Shown here one piece after another: positions 60,101-64,000 of a DNA stretch of 64,000 bases (positions are counted from its first letter, which is position 1; every line of letters starts with the position of its first letter). The position numbers and the translations under genes were made by a program. Below the pieces are notes generated by a model. That model was not told the DNA's origin. It worked only from the letters and a program-made list of their open reading frames with translations, and did no database searches. Source of the DNA: Phoronis australis (lineage: Eukaryota; Animalia; Phoronida); the NCBI GenBank assembly GCA_002633005.1, contig NMRA01000391.1, positions 360,159 to 424,158 of the forward strand, in the 5' to 3' direction.

Positions 60101-62853
60101 TCATAAAAAGGTAATAGTATTGGGCCTAAATGGAAATTCCTGTCCTGCCACCAACTGTAATGTGCAATACTCAAGACAGTTTATGTTGGAATCTGACCAA
60201 AATGCTTTTTTAATTGAAAAAATTAAATATTTTGTTGATAGTACTTGTCAACTTTTATATAATGACATAGAACAAAATATTTTACCTAGTACCAATCTCA
60301 GAGGAGTGATCAAAGTTGGAGAGGAAACTAGTAACTGTTTTACAAAGTTACAACCATCTTATCACAAACTTTCTGCATCTTTTATGTAAGTGAGGTAAAG
60401 CTGTCTGTTTGAGATGTTACAATGTTTGCCTCATTAATTTGACAGGTGGTCATGGTTGGCAGTGGAGGTGTTGGGAAGTCGTCTCTGACTCTCAGATTTG
60501 TGTGTGACATGTTTGTGGACCAGTACGACCCCACCATAGAAGATTCGTTTAGGAAAGCTACAAAAATTGCAGGACTCAAACAACTTTGCTCTAAACAGGG
60601 TAAACTATAAAATGATGTCAGTGTGTCTATCTATGCTAAGCTACATTTCCTTCTCGTTTACAGGCACAGGACCTTGACATATTCAGCTGTTGTAACCCTA
60701 GTACAGACGCTAGTGGTCTCATTCACTCTAGTTAGTGCCTCAGTGTGCCCGCTTGTTTCCAACTAGATTTGACAGCAGTGCCATCTACTGCAACTGTCAT
60801 GTTCACACCGAGTTACAATTGTTATAACCTCTCGCTAGACCACCATCACGAAGGGTTATAACCAAGCAACGATTACAACTTTTAAAACTGGGTGTAAAAT
60901 GTTCAGGTCTTGAGTTAAAGCCATTAAATGGGTTTTTTAAAAGTCATAACTGTTTTGGTGTGAACAGGGTTGTAGTGGGCGTAAAGCATCATGCAAGTGT
61001 TATTAATTGTACAGTTTATGGACCATAAGTGACTTGGAGAGTTAAAAATACTACATATTGCTATTACCACTCTTTAAGAATGCCGGTTATTCTTCAGTTA
61101 ATTTGCTCAAAAATACAGTTACCAAAACTGTCATTTTGGATTTTTCATTGGCTGACCAATGTGTTATGAAAATCCAATATTTGTAAATGTTGTATGACCT
61201 GCTATTCAGTACAAATTTGACTCATAATGATGTACAGGCTTGGTAATGTTCATTTTTGATTAGAAATTTGACATTATAAATTTTCCTGTAGCCTCAGTCC
61301 AAGCATGTTAAATGAAGAATTACCATATGTCTTTATGTTTTTATTTGCAGCTGGTTTTAGATCAAAGCAGAAAGACTCCAAGAAGTCCACAAAGCGAAGA
61401 AGTTTCCTCGACTTATTCAGACGAAGAAATGCTCCAACCACAAGTCAAGGAAAGAGAGGCTCAAACCCGCCTTCAAAGCAAAAAAGTTTCAAATGCTCGA
61501 AAAGTGATTCCAACATTGTTCTGTTACGTCTGGGCACTCTTGCAGACGAGGTCACTGTTATGACTGGCGACCCCATCTTTTGTCGCGGGTGCAAAGCGAT
61601 ACTGTCATCGGTGTCTAAACTGAATAGAGACAAGGATTCAGTACAGTGGGAATGGTCAGTGGTGCTGTTTGCTGTGCAGTAGTTTTTGAAGGAACTGCAT
61701 TCTCCTTTATTTAAACCTGACAAAACCCCAGAGTAAGCAAATTTGCGGGGGAAGAGATCCCTGCCCAGCCTTTGGGTATGACCAACAAAGTCAATATTGT
61801 CATGATTAGCAATTGTGATCAGAACCTCTCCCTGTATTTATGACACCATAGACCTACTAATGTACTGTTATACTTCTGTGGGTTGTGAACCATTGGCGGC
61901 CAAGTGATAGACCTGTGGCCATTGATTCATTGCTAGCCTTTTGTTGTATCTGGCTGTGTCAGCTAGGTTATGATGGTCTTTGGTTATTACAAAAGTACAA
62001 TCCTTCACTTGCTTTTCCCAAAATTAATTGCAAAATTGTCATTTCTGTTTTTCTGATGCTCGTTACTTTACTATAAACATAACTTTAATTTTACCAAATG
62101 CAGTACAACTAAAGACTACAATTTTCTATTAGTCATTTTTGTTGAGAAATTTGGCAATGAAATTTCAATTATTGTGTGCTAAATAGGTCAGCTACTGTAT
62201 CAATAGATCTTGTCTGAATTTGCTAATTCCATCACATCACTAACTGATGTTAAGTTAGTAGATGAGGGATTGATTTTTTTAGTGAAAGCATGTGACTTCA
62301 TACACAAAGGATTGTGGGATAGCAGTCATTCAAAGCAGCCCTGCTAATAGACATTGATAAATGATCTGTTGAAATCACTTTATTTTATTAGCAGTTAGAA
62401 GTTCAGTTTATCAAAGATGTAAATGCATGTTAACAAGTAACTTTTATTCAAAATCAAGTGCCAGCTTACCATGCAAATGATTTTGTGCATGACATTTTCT
62501 GGATTCTTGATTGGATGACTCGTATCTTACAAATCTACTCTCTGGGGTGCACTTGCATCAATTTTCATTATCTATAACAAAGGTCAATAGTGTAGTGGTT
62601 CTGTATTGATAAAATAATGCCATATATTGTGCAATATTGTGTTCTTACAGTGAATTCTGTGGTGATGCCAGCGCCAACCTAGAGTTGGATGATGCAGCTC
62701 AAGTGCCAAGTGAGCACCAAGTGGATTATATGCTGACTCCACCACCAACAGATGGCGCTAGCGATGAGAGGGGGAAATCCTCCGGTGTATTAATCTACTG
62801 TGTTGACGTCAGTGGGTCGATGAGTTCAAATTGCCAAATGCCAGCCCTTCTAG
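57119..62853 (+). CDS. Circularly permuted Ras protein (cpRAS) with Sec23/24-type Zn finger and vWA domain; 5' part only, continues beyond the window
   Basis: GT-AG, phase-consistent exons: 57119-57241 ([11 protein letters not shown]..acidic), 58220-58405 ([17 protein letters not shown]3), 58847-59032 (ANKCD G4; TSAK G5), 60446-60599 (GSGGVGKS G1; [12 protein letters not shown]2), 61351-61654 (polybasic; CRGC..WE), 62651-62853 (CEFC; [14 protein letters not shown] DxSxS). No stop codon is reached in the window. Confidence 0.9.
58509..58577. mobile_element. 69-bp mini-MITE with perfect 13-bp TIRs in cpRAS intron 2
   Basis: catgggcggtgca (58509-58521) and tgcaccgcccatg (58565-58577), with internal palindrome ggggctatagcccc. 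No TSD is evident. Confidence 0.65.
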
Positions 62854-64000
62854 GTATTGGTATCAAAGTTTTAATCCTAACCAGTTCTTTTGGGAGTAGG
62901 TGCAGTCAGCTGTGTCAAGTATAGTAGCTGGTGTTATCTGCCCTTTAATTGCCGCGGCCTGTTCATTTGATTATATAAACCACTGAATTACTTACTGCTC
63001 CCCTGATCGTTCATAAATGGTTGATAGAGCTGATGGACTAGGGAACTGTTCATCGCACTTCTCACCATTTTCACGAACCACTGTAAAAAGGTTTTGCTTT
63101 GGGAAGGAGGGAGGGAGGGGGACCGAGGCTTGCTGCCAACATATGTTTTTCATATCATGAGCATAATGATGCCAAAAAACTAAATTTTGCTCTTTAGTTT
63201 GTAATTACTTTGTAACAATGTTAAAAGCATGAGGTTTAACTATTTCCATGGTTCTTTGATGACCGGGAACATCCATGCAAGTTTACAATGGCTTATGTAG
63301 CTACTGTGCTAACATTTGGCACATAAGCAAAACATGAGACGGACTTTCTTACCTTTTGTATTCCCCTTAAAAATATCGCTTCTGTGCCTATTCCAGGGAG
63401 GGCCAGTTTTGAAAAGTGCAAAAACTCAGCTTGTTTCAGGCCACCTTGTTCTTTGTCAATAGATGTCACTGTCGTCAAGAGACCAGGTGTTTATCGAAGG
63501 AATTTGATCTAAGGTTGTATTGTGTGGAACACAGCAATTACCACATTAGCGATGGCTTCATAGCTAAAACACTGGTTAAAAGTAATTGAATAGATATATT
63601 GTAGGCTAAAATTTGTAGTCTTTCAAACTGTTTGGCTCTTGAAATTGAATTTCTCATAAAAAGCTGAATTAGGTTCAGTTTTGCATGAAAAAGTACAATG
63701 AGAATTGGCCAAAATTAATTCATTAGGTTTTAGTTCTCAGATTCCCGTAGTTGAATAATTGTAGCTGGTAATTCTTTGAACCGTGGTAGATAAGTAGCGT
63801 GCGAGTTGTGATGCCGTACACAAGCGTATGGGAACACTTAACAATTGACTGGTTTGATACCTGAAGAGCCTCAATTTAGAAACCATTGTTGTTTGTTGAT
63901 GAAACCTGAGTTTTCTGTTATGGCATGGTCAGATACTTGAGAAAATGGTAAATAGAGAACAGTCTCTACCGTCTTCGCTCTGACGGAGGGTAGAAGTCAG

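Noticed and set aside
60446-60599. A second, separate canonical Ras gene starting at the G1 exon
   Set aside because: The exon has an acceptor in phase with the upstream G4/G5 exon, whose last codons supply the YK of beta1, and no G3-G5 exons follow it; it is part of cpRAS.

Overview
AT-rich eukaryotic genomic DNA with GT-AG introns, probably from an invertebrate animal; the repeat types resemble those of molluscs and other marine invertebrates (inference). It is not prokaryotic, and most short ORFs in the supplied track are noise or exon fragments. Four protein-coding genes are supported. (1) An intronless orphan ORF of about 350 aa (12135-13187, +). (2) A complete DZANK1 gene with 18 coding exons (27470-49802, +, 812 aa by my phase-consistent exon join). 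(3) An intronless class A GPCR with melatonin-receptor-like NRY and NxxxY motifs, nested antisense in DZANK1 intron 14 (45072-46169, -). (4) The 5' part of a circularly permuted Ras gene (cpRAS; G3-G4-G5-G1-G2 order, then a Sec23/24-type Zn finger and a vWA domain) that starts at 57119 and runs off the window end. The non-coding DNA holds a Helentron/HINE-like element with a ~150-bp trimeric tandem array carrying 11 co-oriented CTCF-like motifs. It also holds a 49-bp minisatellite that begins at a DZANK1 splice donor and recurs 43 kb upstream, a decayed mariner-like element, a 5'-truncated RLE-type non-LTR retrotransposon, several MITEs and small tandem repeats. All calls come from manual reading and recalled family motifs; no database search was run.
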